DNA of 64,000 bases from the NCBI RefSeq assembly GCF_009914755.1, contig NC_060947.1, one strand, 5' to 3'. Source of the DNA: the human T2T-CHM13v2.0 reference genome, Homo sapiens. The notes under the pieces are model-generated. The model was not told where the DNA came from and searched no databases. It saw only the letters and a program-made list of their open reading frames with translations. Positions 50,366-64,000 of the stretch are shown in pieces. The position numbers were made by a program, and so were the translations under genes. How positions within the stretch are numbered: the stretch's first letter is position 1; each line of letters begins with the position of its first letter.

Positions 50366-50920
50366 TAAGGTAGGAGATTGGCATGAATTATTTTCCAAGC
50401 ACTGGTCACGAGGCCCCACTAAACAAACAGGATCTGAGAAAAACAGAATGCAGCAAAGAAACCAGCCAAAACCAGCTAGATCCAAGATGGTGACGAAAAC
50501 AACCTCTAGTTGCCCTCATTGCTCATTATACACTAATTATAATGCATTACCATTCTAAAAGCAACTCCCACCAGAACCATTTACAAATGCCATGGCAACT
50601 CCTGGAAGTTGCTTTATATGGCTTAAAAGGAGAAGGAACCCTTAGTTCCAGGAACTCCTCATCCCTTTTCCAGGAAATTCATGAATAACCCACCCCTTAT
50701 TTCACAACTAATCAAGGAATAGCCATATAGCTAGCCAGAAATCCACTGCTGCTGAAAGGGCTGCTGCTACTACTCTGTCTATGGAGCAACCATTTTCCTG
50801 TACTCTGTTGCTCTAATAAACTTGCTTTCACTTTGCTGTCAGCTCACTCTTAAATTCTTTCCTGCACGAAGCCAAGAACCCTCCCAGGCTGAGCCCCAAT
50901 TTTGGGGTTTGCCTGCATTA
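50366..50920 (+). mobile_element. MER41-family (ERV1) solo LTR, about 555 bp
   Basis: ccaagatggtgacg...ctcattgctcattatacactaattataatgcatta...ctcccaccag...tttacaaatgccatggcaac...taataaacttgctttcacttt. Confidence 0.85.
50646..50676. promoter_or_regulatory. Tandem GAS/STAT motifs TTCCAGGAA x2 inside the MER41 LTR
   Basis: TTCCAGGAA at 50646-50654 and 50668-50676; function not shown. Confidence 0.55.
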
Positions 50921-51719
50921 AGGGTACTCAGACAATTTGAAAAGATTATCAGGGTAGTGGTAGAATCCTCACAGAACTGAAGTTTCTATTCTCATTAAAG
51001 GAAAAATATCAAACAACAACAAAGCAGTTATGTAAGTTGATCAAATAAAATTATTTTATATTGTATACATTATTAATTCATGAAAATTAGGTCTAGGCAA
51101 CAAAGCAAATGTCATTAAAGATTTCCATTGTATAAACAAAATACTTCTGGCTTGTATATAAAGTTTGCTCTGGGCATCAAAGAGTAACCTCAACAGAAAA
51201 CAGCCTATTTAATACAATCCTTGCAACATAGCTGAATATGGATCCTGAGAAAGTAAAGCAAGAGTTATGACTAATCTATATGAATAACAGACACGCAGAA
51301 GACTCCATATGCAAGACTTTTACATAATGTAATATTTGTAAGAAATGTCATTTTTACCTAGTCTGATAGTTTGAAAGTATAAACATGGAAAGGTATGACA
51401 TAGAAAGGGACTATATGTCATTGTCATTTTCAATAACAGACATCTAAAAGCTAGAGATCATAATATCCACAAAACAAACTTGTTTTACCTTATTTCATGG
51501 CTGAAGCACACAGAACTGAAAGCAAATTAAAGAATATGAAAGAGCAATTGACTTGCAGTCTCAACTCCACTAATCTAATCAAAGAGATAAGTCCTCTTAT
51601 CTAAATCCTCTAGGAGATAAAACATTTAGAGGGGAAAAGTAGATCACACTGATATTTAATGAACAACCTCAATGTAACTAGTAGAAGTAACATGATATGT
51701 GAACCTGATTCATTAAAAT

Positions 51720-54700
51720 TTTTTGTTCATATGGCCTTATCCCCTAAAATTTGTCTAGCCCCCGTTTAGCAGGTTCTAGAGGAAATTCTAGCCTCTGACA
51801 CCTACAGCTACAGCTAACACTAAAGACAGCCAACTCCTAGCCAGATAAACATAAAATCTCACATTAAAGGCATATTTATCATCTAATGCATTGTGTCTAG
51901 CTTTCAAAAAAAATTACAAGGCATGCCAAAAGGCAAAGAAGAGTCTGAATAGACAAAGTAAACATCGGAACCAGACTCAGATAAGGCAGAGATTTTAGAA
52001 TTATCAGACCAGGAATTTAAAATGCCAAAGGCTCTAATGGAAAAAGCAGACAGCATGCAAGAAAAGATGGGTAATATAAACAGAGAGGAATCTCTAAGAA
52101 AGAATCAAAAGGTTGTACAAGAAATCAAAAACACTCTAACAGAAATGAAGAACGTCTTTGATAGGCTCATCAGTAGACAGGACACAAAATAGAAAAGAAT
52201 CAGTGAGCTTGAAGACGTATGTCAGTGAAAACTTCACAAAGTGAAATGAAAGAACAAAATGAATTTAAAAGGGAAAAGAATATGCAAGAAATATGGGAGA
52301 ATTACAAAAGGTGTAACATATGTATACATAATGGGAATACCATAAGGAAAAGGGAAAAGGAACAGGAAAAATAATTGAAATAATGAAGGCTAAGAATTTT
52401 CTAAAATTAATGACAACACCAAACCACAGATCCAGGAAAGCTTAGAGGACACCACGTAGAAAAAACAAAACAAAAGAAACAAAAAAAAAAACACAACAAC
52501 AACAACAACAACAAAAAAACTCCCAAAAGGTACAGCCTGGCATATCATATTCAAACTACAAAAATCAAAGACAAAAATAATCTTAAAAGAAGCCAGGGGA
52601 ATCACCTATAAAGGAACAAGAATAAAAATAACAGTGAAGGCAAGCAAGAACAGAGTGGAATGAAATATTTAAACTGTTGAAAAAAACCAATCCACCAACC
52701 TAGAATTCTGCACCTAGTGAAACTGTCCTTTACAAGTGAGGGAAAAACATACACTCTCTACAAAAGCAAAAATTGAGGAAATTTGTTGCTAGTACATGGA
52801 TCTTGCAAGAATTGTTTTTAAATAAAGTTTTCCAGAGAGAATGCAAATGATATTGGTCAAAACCTCAGATTTACATTTAATTGGGAAGCAATGTTAGAGA
52901 AGGAATAAATTAATGTAAAATAAAATAATTTATCTTTATTCTTAATTCATCTAACAGATAAGTTTCTTCAAAATAATAACAGCAACAATGTATTGGTAAT
53001 TAAAGCTTATAAATAGGTGAAATGAATCACAGCAGTGTGTAAGTGATAGGGGGAATGAATTGGGAGTACTGTTATGTGTACCACCCCCATGAAGCAGTAA
53101 TAGTGTCATATTAAAGTGGAATTAGACTGCCTATAAATGTATAATGCAAACTCTATGGCAACCACTTAAAAATTAAAAAGTATAATCGGAATGTTAAATG
53201 ATTAGAAAAAACAAAATCATATAAAATGTTTAATTAAAGCCAGAGAAGGAAGAAAAAGATTGAAGAAAAAGTAAAATAAAAGCAAAAACCAAAGAAGAAA
53301 GGAAATGAACAGAAAACAGTTACACATATGGTCAATATTAATCCAACAATATCAGTTAATCATTTTAAATGTGAATAGTCTACACCAATTAAAACACAGA
53401 TTGTCATCATGGCTGAATCTGATGGCATTAAAAAAAACAGATTGTCAGAATGGATTTTTAAAAGATGATCCAATTACAGACCCAATTTTAAATATCAAGA
53501 CATAATGAATTATATGTAAACGGATGAAGAAATATACACCACCTTAACCCTTATCAAAGCTAAGCTGGAGTAGAAACCATATTAATTTCAGATAAAGCAC
53601 ACTTCAGATCAAGGAAAATTAACAGGAACCAGGAATAAAAGAGGGGCATTACATAATGATAAAGAGGTTAATTCTCCAAAAAGATATAACAATCCTTAAT
53701 TGTGTATGCACCTAACAGCAAAATATCAAAATGCATGAGGCAAAAACTGATAGAATGGCAAGGAAAAATAGATGCATCCTCTATTATATCTAAATGACAC
53801 CTATAGGATACTTCATCCAACAAGAGCAGAATACACATTCTTTTCAAATTTGCACAGATCATTCACCGAGATAAATGACACCCTGGGCCATAAAACACAC
53901 CTTTACAAATTTTTAAAAATACACATAGCACGAAGTATGCCCTAGGCAAAATGGAATTAAATTAGAAATCACTAACAGAATGACGGTAGGCATATCCCAA
54001 TGATTAAACAACATGCTTTTAAATAACACATGGGTCAAAGACTAAAGAGAAATTTTAAAATATTTTGAACTAAATAAAGATGAAGATACAATGTATCAGA
54101 ATTTGTGGGATGCAGCAAAAGCAGCACTTAAAAAGAAATTTATAGCACTGAATGCAAATATTAGAAAAGAAAGATCTAAGATGAATAATGTAAGTTTCCA
54201 TCTTGGGAAAATAGAAAAAAAAAAGCGCAAAAAAAGTGCAAATTAAATCCAAAGTAAGCAGAAGAATAAAAATTGGGGCAGAAATCAATGAAATTGAAAA
54301 AAGGAAATCAACAAAACCAAAAGCTGCCTCTTGGAAAAGAGCAATAAAATTGCTAAGTCTCTAGTCAGGCTAATCAAGCAAAAAAGAAAGAAGACAAACT
54401 ACTAACATCAGAAATGAAAGGCAGGCCTTCAGTACTGTTTCTATGAAAATTAAAAGATAATTGAGGGATAGTATGAGCAACTCTAGTCCAACAAATTTGA
54501 TAACTTAGATGAAATGGACAAATTCCTTAAAAGATCCCTTCCTATAGAAGATACATTGATAAATTGAATTGGTCTGTATCTATTAAATAAATTGATTCAA
54601 TAATTAATAACCTTCCAAAACAGAAAGCACTGGTCCAAATGGTTTCACTGGTGAATTTTACTAACTACTTAAAGAAGAAATGATGTGAATTCTCTATAAT

Positions 54701-57419
54701 TTCTTCCAGAAAACAGAAGTAGAGGGAATACTTCCTCATTCCATGAAAACAGCACCATTCTAATATCAAAACCAAAGACATTACAAGAAAACTACAGACC
54801 ACCCTCTTTCCTGAATATAGATACAAAAATCCTCAACAAAATATTACCAAATCATACCCAACAATGTATAAAAACAATTACACGACATAACCAAGTGGAA
54901 TTTATTCTGGGTATGGAAAGCTGGTTCAACATTTGAAAATCAGTTAATGTAATCCATCACATCAACAAGCTAAAGAAGAAAAATCAAATGATGGCAGATG
55001 AAAAAAAATCATTTAACAAAATCCAACACCTATTCATTACAAAAACTCCCAGCAAACTAGGAATAGAGGAAAACTTCAACTTGATTACAAACACCTATAA
55101 AAAACCTTAAAGTTAACAACATACTTAATGGTGGGAAACTAAACTGTGAACAAGGCAAGGATGTCCTCTTTTATCACATTATATTCAACACTGTACTAGA
55201 AGTCATAGCTAATGCAATAAGAAAAGGAAATAAAGGTATTCATTCTACAAAGGACAAAATAAAACTGTCTTTGTTTGCAGGTGATATAATTGTCTATACA
55301 GAAAATCTGAAAAAAAAAAATCAACAAAAAACCCTACTAGAACTAAAAAGCAATTACAGCAAGGTTGCAGCATACAAGGTCATATACAAAAGTCAACTAC
55401 TTTCCCACATACCACCAATGAACATATGCAATTTGAAATAAAAAATACAACACCATTTAAATTAACAACAAAAAATGAAATACTTCAGTACAAATATAAC
55501 AAATGTGTGCAAAAAGCATATGAGGAAAACTACAAAACTCATATGAAAGAAATCAAAGAAGCTAAATAAATGGAGAGATACTCCATGTTCATGTATGGGA
55601 AGACTCAATATTGTTGAGATGTCAGTTTTCTCCAGCTTGATCTATAGATTCAATGTGACCCCAATCAAAATCCCAGTAAGTAATTTTGTGGATATGGACA
55701 AACTGATCCTAAAGTTTATAAAGAAAGGCAAAAAACTCAAAACAGCCAACAGAATACTGAAGAAGAAAACAATACTGGAGGTCTGACACTACCTGACTAT
55801 AAGACTTACTCTATGAAGCTACAGTAATCCTGACAGTATGGTACTGGTCAAAAAATAGACAAATAGATCAATGGAAATAGAAGAGACAGCACAAAAATGG
55901 ACTCACAAAAATATAGTCAACTGATCTTTCACAAAGGAGCAAAGGCAACCCAATGGGAAAGAGACAGCCTTTTCAATAAATGATGCTGGAGCAACTGGAC
56001 ATGCCAATGGAAAAAAAAAGGAATCCAAACACAGACCTTACATATTTCATAAAAATTAACTCTAAATAGATCATAGACCAAAATGTAGAAGATGAAACTA
56101 TAAATCATCTAGAAGATAACGTAAGATAAAATCCAGGTAACCTTGGGTTTGGCAATGACTTAGCACCAAAAACATGATCCATGAAAGACTGGTAAGTAGG
56201 ACTTCATTAATATTAAGAACTTCTGCTTTACAAAAGACACTGTCAAGAGAATAAGATGACAAGCCACAGACTGAGACAAAGTATTTGCAAAAGACTTAAC
56301 TGATAAAGTATTTGTATCCAAAATTACAAAAGAACTCTTAAATCTCAACAATAAGAAAACAATCAAATTTAAAAATGGGCAAAAGAACTGATCAGACACT
56401 TCACCAAAGAAGATATACAAATGACAAAAAAAGCATATGAAAAGATGCTCAACATCATATGTCATTAGGCATTTGTAAATTAGAACAAAAGTGAGATGCT
56501 ACCACACACCTATTAGAATGGCTAAAATCTAAAATATCAATAACACCAAATGCTAGTGAGGATGTGGAGCAATAGGAACTCTTATTCATTGCTTGTAGGA
56601 ATGTAGAATGGTATACCAACTATAAAAGGTTATTTGGCAGTTTCATACAAAACAAAACATAGTCTTACAAGACAATCCAGCAATTGTGTTCTTTGGTATT
56701 TACCCAAATGAGATGAAAACTTATGGCCACACAAAAACCTGCACACAAATGTTTACTGCAGCTTTATTAATGACGGCCAAAATCTAAAGGAAACCAAGAT
56801 GTCTTTCAACAGGTGAGTGGATAAACACACTATAGTACATCCATATAACAAAATATTATTCAGTGATACAAAGAAAAGAGCTATCAGGTAACACACACCC
56901 ACACAATGAATATCTTGAAATACATATTGTGAAGTGAAGGAAGCCAGTCTGAAAAAGCTACATACCATATGGTTCCAACTATATGACATTCTGGAAAAGG
57001 CAAAACTAGAGAGTTAGTAAAAAGATCACTGTTGTTAGGAATTCTGGAGGAAGGAAGGACAGATGAGTAGATGGATCACATGGGATTTTGGGGGCAGGGA
57101 AACTATTCTATATGATATCATAATGGTGAATACACGACATTATACATTTCCCAAAAACCATATAACTGTACAATACAAAAAGTGAATCCTAATGTAAACT
57201 ATGGACTTGGTTAATAATAATGTATCTTTTCAAAATAATTGGTTCATCAGTTTTAGCAAATGTACCACATTAATGCAAGATGTTAATAACAGAAGAAACT
57301 GCATTCTGGAGAAAAAAAGGGGGTATATATAAGAACTCTTTGTACTTATTGTTCAATTTTTCTGTAAACTTAAAACTTCTCTAAGATATAGTATTTTAAT
57401 AATAATAATAATAATAATA
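51720..57419 (+). mobile_element. Long degenerate L1MC-type element (ORF1, ORF2, 3'UTR, (TAA)n tail)
   Basis: RT-like ctgtctttgtttgcaggtgatataattgtctatacagaaaatc; ORF2 peptide GRLNIVEMSVFSSLIYRFN; 3'UTR aatgtaaactatggact...aaatgtaccacattaatgcaagatgttaataa. Confidence 0.8.
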
Positions 57420-58051
57420 CCAGGGTAAAATTCATACTTCTCAAAAAGGCATCAGGTAGCACTGTCTCATTTTAAAAAATATTTTTCAGAAAAGTTTCAA
57501 AAAAATGAAGAAGTACATAAATGTTTTAAAGTTACAAATGTCAAAATAGTTATTCAAAAATACTAAATCCTTCATAAAGCCTTCCCTATATGCTTAATTG
57601 TTGGTACTCTCCTACAGCTTCATTTGTCTCTCCTTTTGGATGTTTCTGTTATATACATATATATATATATATATATATCTTATTATTTGTTAGTCACTCA
57701 ATAAATACTTGCTCAATATATATATCACCTGTTATACTTTATATAACAGATGCATTTCTGAAGAAAAAGGGTGTTTATTTTTATAAATCACTCTCCCTTG
57801 AAATTATTATAATTGTAAAGATAGCTTATTTTTGCACTTGATACTTTAACTTCCTTTGCCCCCAGTTTTTCTGTCGACTAAGTGGTTTCCAAGATGGCAG
57901 TGGTTAGAGAATATGAATAAACATTTTTTGGTAATACTAAAGGTAACATACATTTTATAAAATCAAATGACTTCAATAAATATGTTTTACATTTTCCTTA
58001 AATCCTGGCATGGTTGTATGTAAAATACTAATAGAAAAGTTGAATTAGGTT

Positions 58052-58375
<324 letters not shown>

Positions 58376-60059
58376 TTAATAATGATATGATACTCCTATG
58401 ATATATGTATAGATGGTAAAAAAAATACATTACATATGATTTGTAGGGATTTAAGGAATGAATACAAATGGCACTTTGTTTTTGTCTCTCTTGGTAGTAG
58501 AACCGCTAAAATACATCTTATATAGAACCCAAACATATTAAAATAGAATTGCTGCAACTCTGCTAGAAGAAATACCAATCCCCTCTCTTAGTCTACTCTG
58601 GGCTCCAAATCATCTCTACATAATATCATTTGTCTTTAAAATTTTTGCTGGAGACAATGATAGCCTTAAGACCCTCAGAATCAAAAGAGCATTAAAAAGT
58701 AAATAAGCAAGCAGAAGGTATGCTATGTTCTCATACATTAGGCACAAAATCTTCCTCCTGTTTTCTTCTTCTTACTTGACAATCCTTTCTTTCTTCTTTC
58801 TCATCTATGTTTCGTGCCTAGTTATGATACCACTACAGCCATGCAGATGGCAGGGTGGCATTTAGAGCTGAGAAGATTCTTGAACACTGCACTAAAATCC
58901 CCAGAATATGTGGAGGAGGTAGGAAAGATCAGAATATAAAGAGGCCTAGATTGATCCGAGGTGTTTATATGCCAAAGCATATATTCAGGTTTGATGAAAA
59001 ATAGGAAGCCAAGGATAAAAGGGGATAACAATCCATCTTTCACACCAATTATAAAACACACCTGCAATACTACTCAAGAATAAACAATGATCACTTTTTA
59101 AATATTTGCAAGAGCAAGCACTTTTAAACGGACACTCCGCAAAGCTGTGCAAATGCTTTTTGGAATGGTCAAATGCTACTACTATGTTCTACATGCTTAA
59201 AGTTATTCTATGATCTAGTTTCTGTTTTGTAAAAAGAAAATTGTTTTCTATATGCTTTGAAAGTACTAGCAGGCACTCATCATAACATCTGGCAATTTCT
59301 TCCTTCTCCTGATTCAAAAGAAATCAAACATTCTTTTTGAGGATTTTCTATATTCACTTCTGCTTATCTGCAATCAGTTTACATGAGTTTAGTATAGCAT
59401 TTTCCATCTTATGGGCACTCAGTAGTTGTTGATTAAAGAATCAAATATTAACCTTCTAAAAATATTTTAGTCATTAAGGAAGTTAGTTTAGATCTAGATT
59501 TCATACCCTGATATTGACCTGTCACTAAGCAACAGAAATCTGTATTTTGAAGGACTGGAACTCACTCTAAAAATAAATTCTAATACAAATGCCATTACTT
59601 AAGACTCTCCACTTTGACTAGCTTAATTAGTCATGTTCTAACCTGTTCTCTTCAATTAAAAAGAAAGTCTAGAAAACAATCTGCCTTTAACTTGTCAGCA
59701 AAGTACTTGCATTCAACTAACAAAGGAGCATATGAGCTCAGAATCATATTTATCCTTAGGTAATTTGTATGTAAAAGACAATTCAGCAAACAATACTATG
59801 CTAAAAATGCACGAGGGTTAAAATTTTTCAACAATACGTACTAAAATTACATTTGTAATATTGTTCTCTCTGTTCAGCTTAAACAAATGTAACAAAAAAT
59901 GCTTTCTTGACCTGTTGCACAGCATCTTGATTTAAGTAAGTACTCTTTCCCAAGAATGGGTGAGATCCCCGGGAGAGTACTCAACAGAGATTACAGATGA
60001 GAAAGGAGACATGAAAATGGAGTCTGATTGTGAATTATTTTGGCTTTTCTCTTAACTGT

Positions 60060-61200
60060 ACAGTCACTCCTTCTCAGTTTCCTCTATTTACTTCCCTAGA
60101 GGAACACATTAATCAAAGGTACTGTCCCTAGTTGTCTTCTATTTCCTTCTATTTGTGTTCTTTTCCTTGGTGAACTCACTAATTTGCATTGTTTCAACTG
60201 TCATCTCAATCTCTCTAGACCTGGGCTCCTTCCTGAGCTTGTTTCACATTTTGTATTACCAGCTGAATATCTCTATCTGGGTGTTCTGCTAGTACCTAAA
60301 ACTTAACATGTCCAAAACCAAGATCTTCATTTTCCCCAAACAAGACCTTCTGATTATACCCACTTTTGTTAAAGGCATTCTTATTCTCTCATCCTGGAAT
60401 CCTACTTTTTTTTTTTTTTAACTTCTAACAGTTGACCCATTGCTAAGTATTGTTGACTCTATCTCCCCTACTGCACAGTATCTCTTGTATTTTCCTCCAT
60501 GTTGCAATTTCTACTACTATTTCAGTACAAATTGCTATTACTTCTTATCTAGACTATCATATGAGCCTTATAACTGGTCAGTAAACATTTGCTGAATGAA
60601 TGTGTGAAATAAATGGTATCCCTACTTTAGGTCTATCACCACTTGAATTCATCTTTTACACATGGCCAGATTAATTTCCTAAAACACAGTTCTAACCTTA
60701 TTACTCATCTATTCAAAATACAGGTTCCCACTTCCCACATAATTAAATACATTTTTCTGTCTCACAGTCACAATATTTCACATTTACGAGCTCTAATCTG
60801 TCTTTCCAAGCTTATTTCCGAATTCTCTGAAACATCTTCCCCTCGCTGGAACCAGGATAGACTACTCACTTCTGTACACATACTATGCTCTCTCACAACT
60901 AGGCCATTTTTCATGTTATTCCTACACCTGTAATAATCCTACTCATCAATCAAGGTCTATCTCAGATGTCATCTCCTCTGTGAAACCTTTCCTAACTCCC
61001 CATGATGGTGGTTCCTAACTTTCTTCTGAAACCCCACAACACCCGACTGGCACTTCTTTAAATCATTTATGACCTACCTTTTATTAGGGCAATAAAATAA
61101 AGCTTGCCTTATCCCATATGGTTTGAGGAAAGAAATTTGCTTTGTTCATATCTGAACACTCTGCAATGCCAAGAACAGTAGTGTGTATAAGTTCTCAATT
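60060..61200. mobile_element. L2 fragments
   Basis: aaacttaacatgtccaaaac; tcaaggtctatctcagatgtcatctcctctgtgaaaccttt; taaacatttgctgaatgaatg. Confidence 0.55.
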
Positions 61201-61409
61201 AATATTTTTAGGGTAGGGAAAAGAATAAGCAAATAAAGGAGAGTATACATAATATAGGGAAAAAATAAGTGGTAAGAACTGGGTTCTAAAATAAAATCTT
61301 AATCCTTATATATAAGAGTGGTAGCCAAATCATAGCCAAACCTCCTTTATGCTCATTTTAAGCAAACACTTTTTACCATTATTTTTGGAAATCTAAATTT
61401 ATTTATTTT

Positions 61410-61600
61410 TAATACTTGTATTTTACTACCTGCCAGGCACTGTTATAAGTCCTTTGTATGTTAACTTATTTAATCTTTATAGCAACCCTATTTTACAAAT
61501 GGACAAACTGAGGCACACAGACTAAACAACTTGCTTAAGGTTACAAGGTGGCAAAGCCCAAGCAGTCTGATTTCAGAGACTTCATCATGACAATATAGTA
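61410..61600. repeat. MIR SINE
   Basis: tgccaggcactgttataag...ctattttacaaatggacaaactgaggcaca...aacaacttgcttaaggttaca. Confidence 0.7.
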
Positions 61601-61648
61601 TACCTACAAACGTGTACTTCCCTGACTTTAAAATCTGAGTAAATTGGG

Positions 61649-62020
<372 letters not shown>

Positions 62021-62530
62021 TTATATAGTACAATGACAAACTGAGAAGGCTGCTGAAATGCAGAGGGCTCCTATACTGAACGTACCAAAACAGTCAGGTT
62101 TTGTGGCTTTTGTTTTGTTTTGTTTTTTTAGCTTTTCTCTTGATATTAAGCTGTTGCTTATTACTTATGGCTATCAGTGTTCCTAAAATGGCTTCATCCT
62201 CTTTTCAATTTACTGGGATCTGGGAACCAAGCTTACCAAAAATATGTATTATTTCGGAGCCAAAGAGGCTCCGAAAAGCTTCTTTTACAAAGGTGCTTAT
62301 GCTTTGTTACAATCAATGCTCCTATATCTCACAACGGTTTCAAGGAGTGAATTCCACTAATTCTGTGAGAAGTCTGATCCAGAGATAAACAGGACATTAC
62401 CATATAATTTCTAATGACTGCATAAAATAATTATGTAAACTAAATGAGGGTCCTAAAAGTTGGTCATGCTACCCCAAAAGTGATTTACACCAGGCCCAGG
62501 ATTCATAACTAGAAAATGTAGTATTTCTTA

Positions 62531-62683
<153 letters not shown>

Positions 62684-63719
62684 CTATTGAAAGAGAGAAA
62701 ACAAAGCAGTGAATAACATGTCATTTCAAACATAACCATAATTCAATAACGTAGAATTTATATATTTGAGAAATACATGAAAACATTACAAATATAACTT
62801 TTATTCTGAATCTAAGGCTAATATCTTTCAAAATCAAAATATTTTAGAGAAAAATTATTTCAATTACTTTAAAAAAGTTATTCATTTCTCTTAAATGTCT
62901 TACTTTCAATTTTAGCCACTCTCATATTGTTAAAAAAGTAATTTAGTGGTCATGAAGGGACATGTACTATACATTTATTTATTAAGCTACCAAAACACTA
63001 CAGAAAATTCAAAAAAAATTTCCATATTTCCATTTTTGTAGTAGAAAATTTATATACATTTTGGCTATTTGTCAGTTTTTTATTTAAAACACTTTGGAGT
63101 CCCAAGTCTAAACTCATGGTAGAGCTGAGTTGCAATACTCCTTTTAGGAAAGCAGAGGGCTTGGTATTGACTATATCAAACAAAGTTGAGTTACTGAAAA
63201 TTTCCTCACAAATGCAATTTTCCAATAATACTTAATCTGATCTAAATCCATCTCACATTTTTTTCTTTGTACCATGTTCCTGAGGCAACATTCCCATTAA
63301 ATTCTTTTGCTTTACTTTCAGCTTTAAAGGCAGAATATTAAGAATAAAAACCACATTTTCTAATACCAAACTAAGTAGACCAATACATATATATTCTAAA
63401 ACTACTACATTATTATGATTGGCAAAACAATCCCCATTTAAACATTAAAATCATAACTTGATTTCTGGAAAAGGTATTAAAAAGAATAAAACATACCCAA
63501 AAAACACTGAAAAAGAAAAAAGTAAAAAAAAAAAAAGATACTGCTTATTACTGCTGAGGGCATATGAAAATGAGCACTCTAATACACTGTTGATGGAGAA
63601 TACACTGAAATAATCTTTCTGGAGAGCAATTTGCTATATATTACAAGCTTTTAAAATAATTTTGCCCTTTGTGTCAATAATTCTACTTCTGGGAATTTAT
63701 GCTAAAAAAAAACCCTTAT

Positions 63720-64000
63720 AAATATGCTCTAAGTTGAATCAATTTTATCTCCTAAAAATCTCTTGAATCTATTTCTTTCCATTTCTAACCATAAACCTCA
63801 TCTGAGCTATCATCAATTATCGCGTAAACCACTGCAACAATCTCCTAACTGATCTCCCTGCATCTACTTTGTCCTTATCTAGTAAGTTCACCCTGCAATC
63901 AGATTTCCCTTCCAGCTTAAAACCCTTAAGCAGTATCCTATCATTCTTGGGATAAAAACTAAAATCTGTAACATGGCTTATAAGGCTCTGCTTGGTCTGG
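63720..64000. mobile_element. L2 fragment
   Basis: cactgcaacaatctcctaactgatctccctgcatc...taacatggcttataaggctctg. Confidence 0.55.

Overview
AT-rich, repeat-dense primate (very probably human, X-chromosome) genomic DNA. It holds the 3' part of ABCB7, the mitochondrial ABC half-transporter for Fe-S cluster/iron export, on the minus strand. Thirteen coding exons (conventional exons 4-16, 62683 down to the TAA at 17004) splice with GT-AG boundaries and consistent phases into 1926 nt (641 aa + stop) with all ABC motifs. A probable ~2.3 kb 3'UTR contains two Alus. Positions 1-12400 are nested L1 elements; the 22 kb intron 4 holds old L1s, Alus, MER20, MLT1 and a MER41-family LTR. I see no new multi-gene system. 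The most notable details are: an L1 insertion carrying an apparent ~370 bp 3' transduction; a ~390 bp templated local copy inserted into an old L1; a TSD-flanked, doubly truncated U4 snRNA retrocopy with RNU4-2-type bases; an L1 5'UTR deletion starting exactly at the +97 splice donor; a MER41 LTR with two intact tandem STAT sites; and the SF3B1-mutant cryptic acceptor 21 nt upstream of exon 9. Repeat subfamily names come from remembered consensus sequences and need RepeatMasker/Dfam confirmation.
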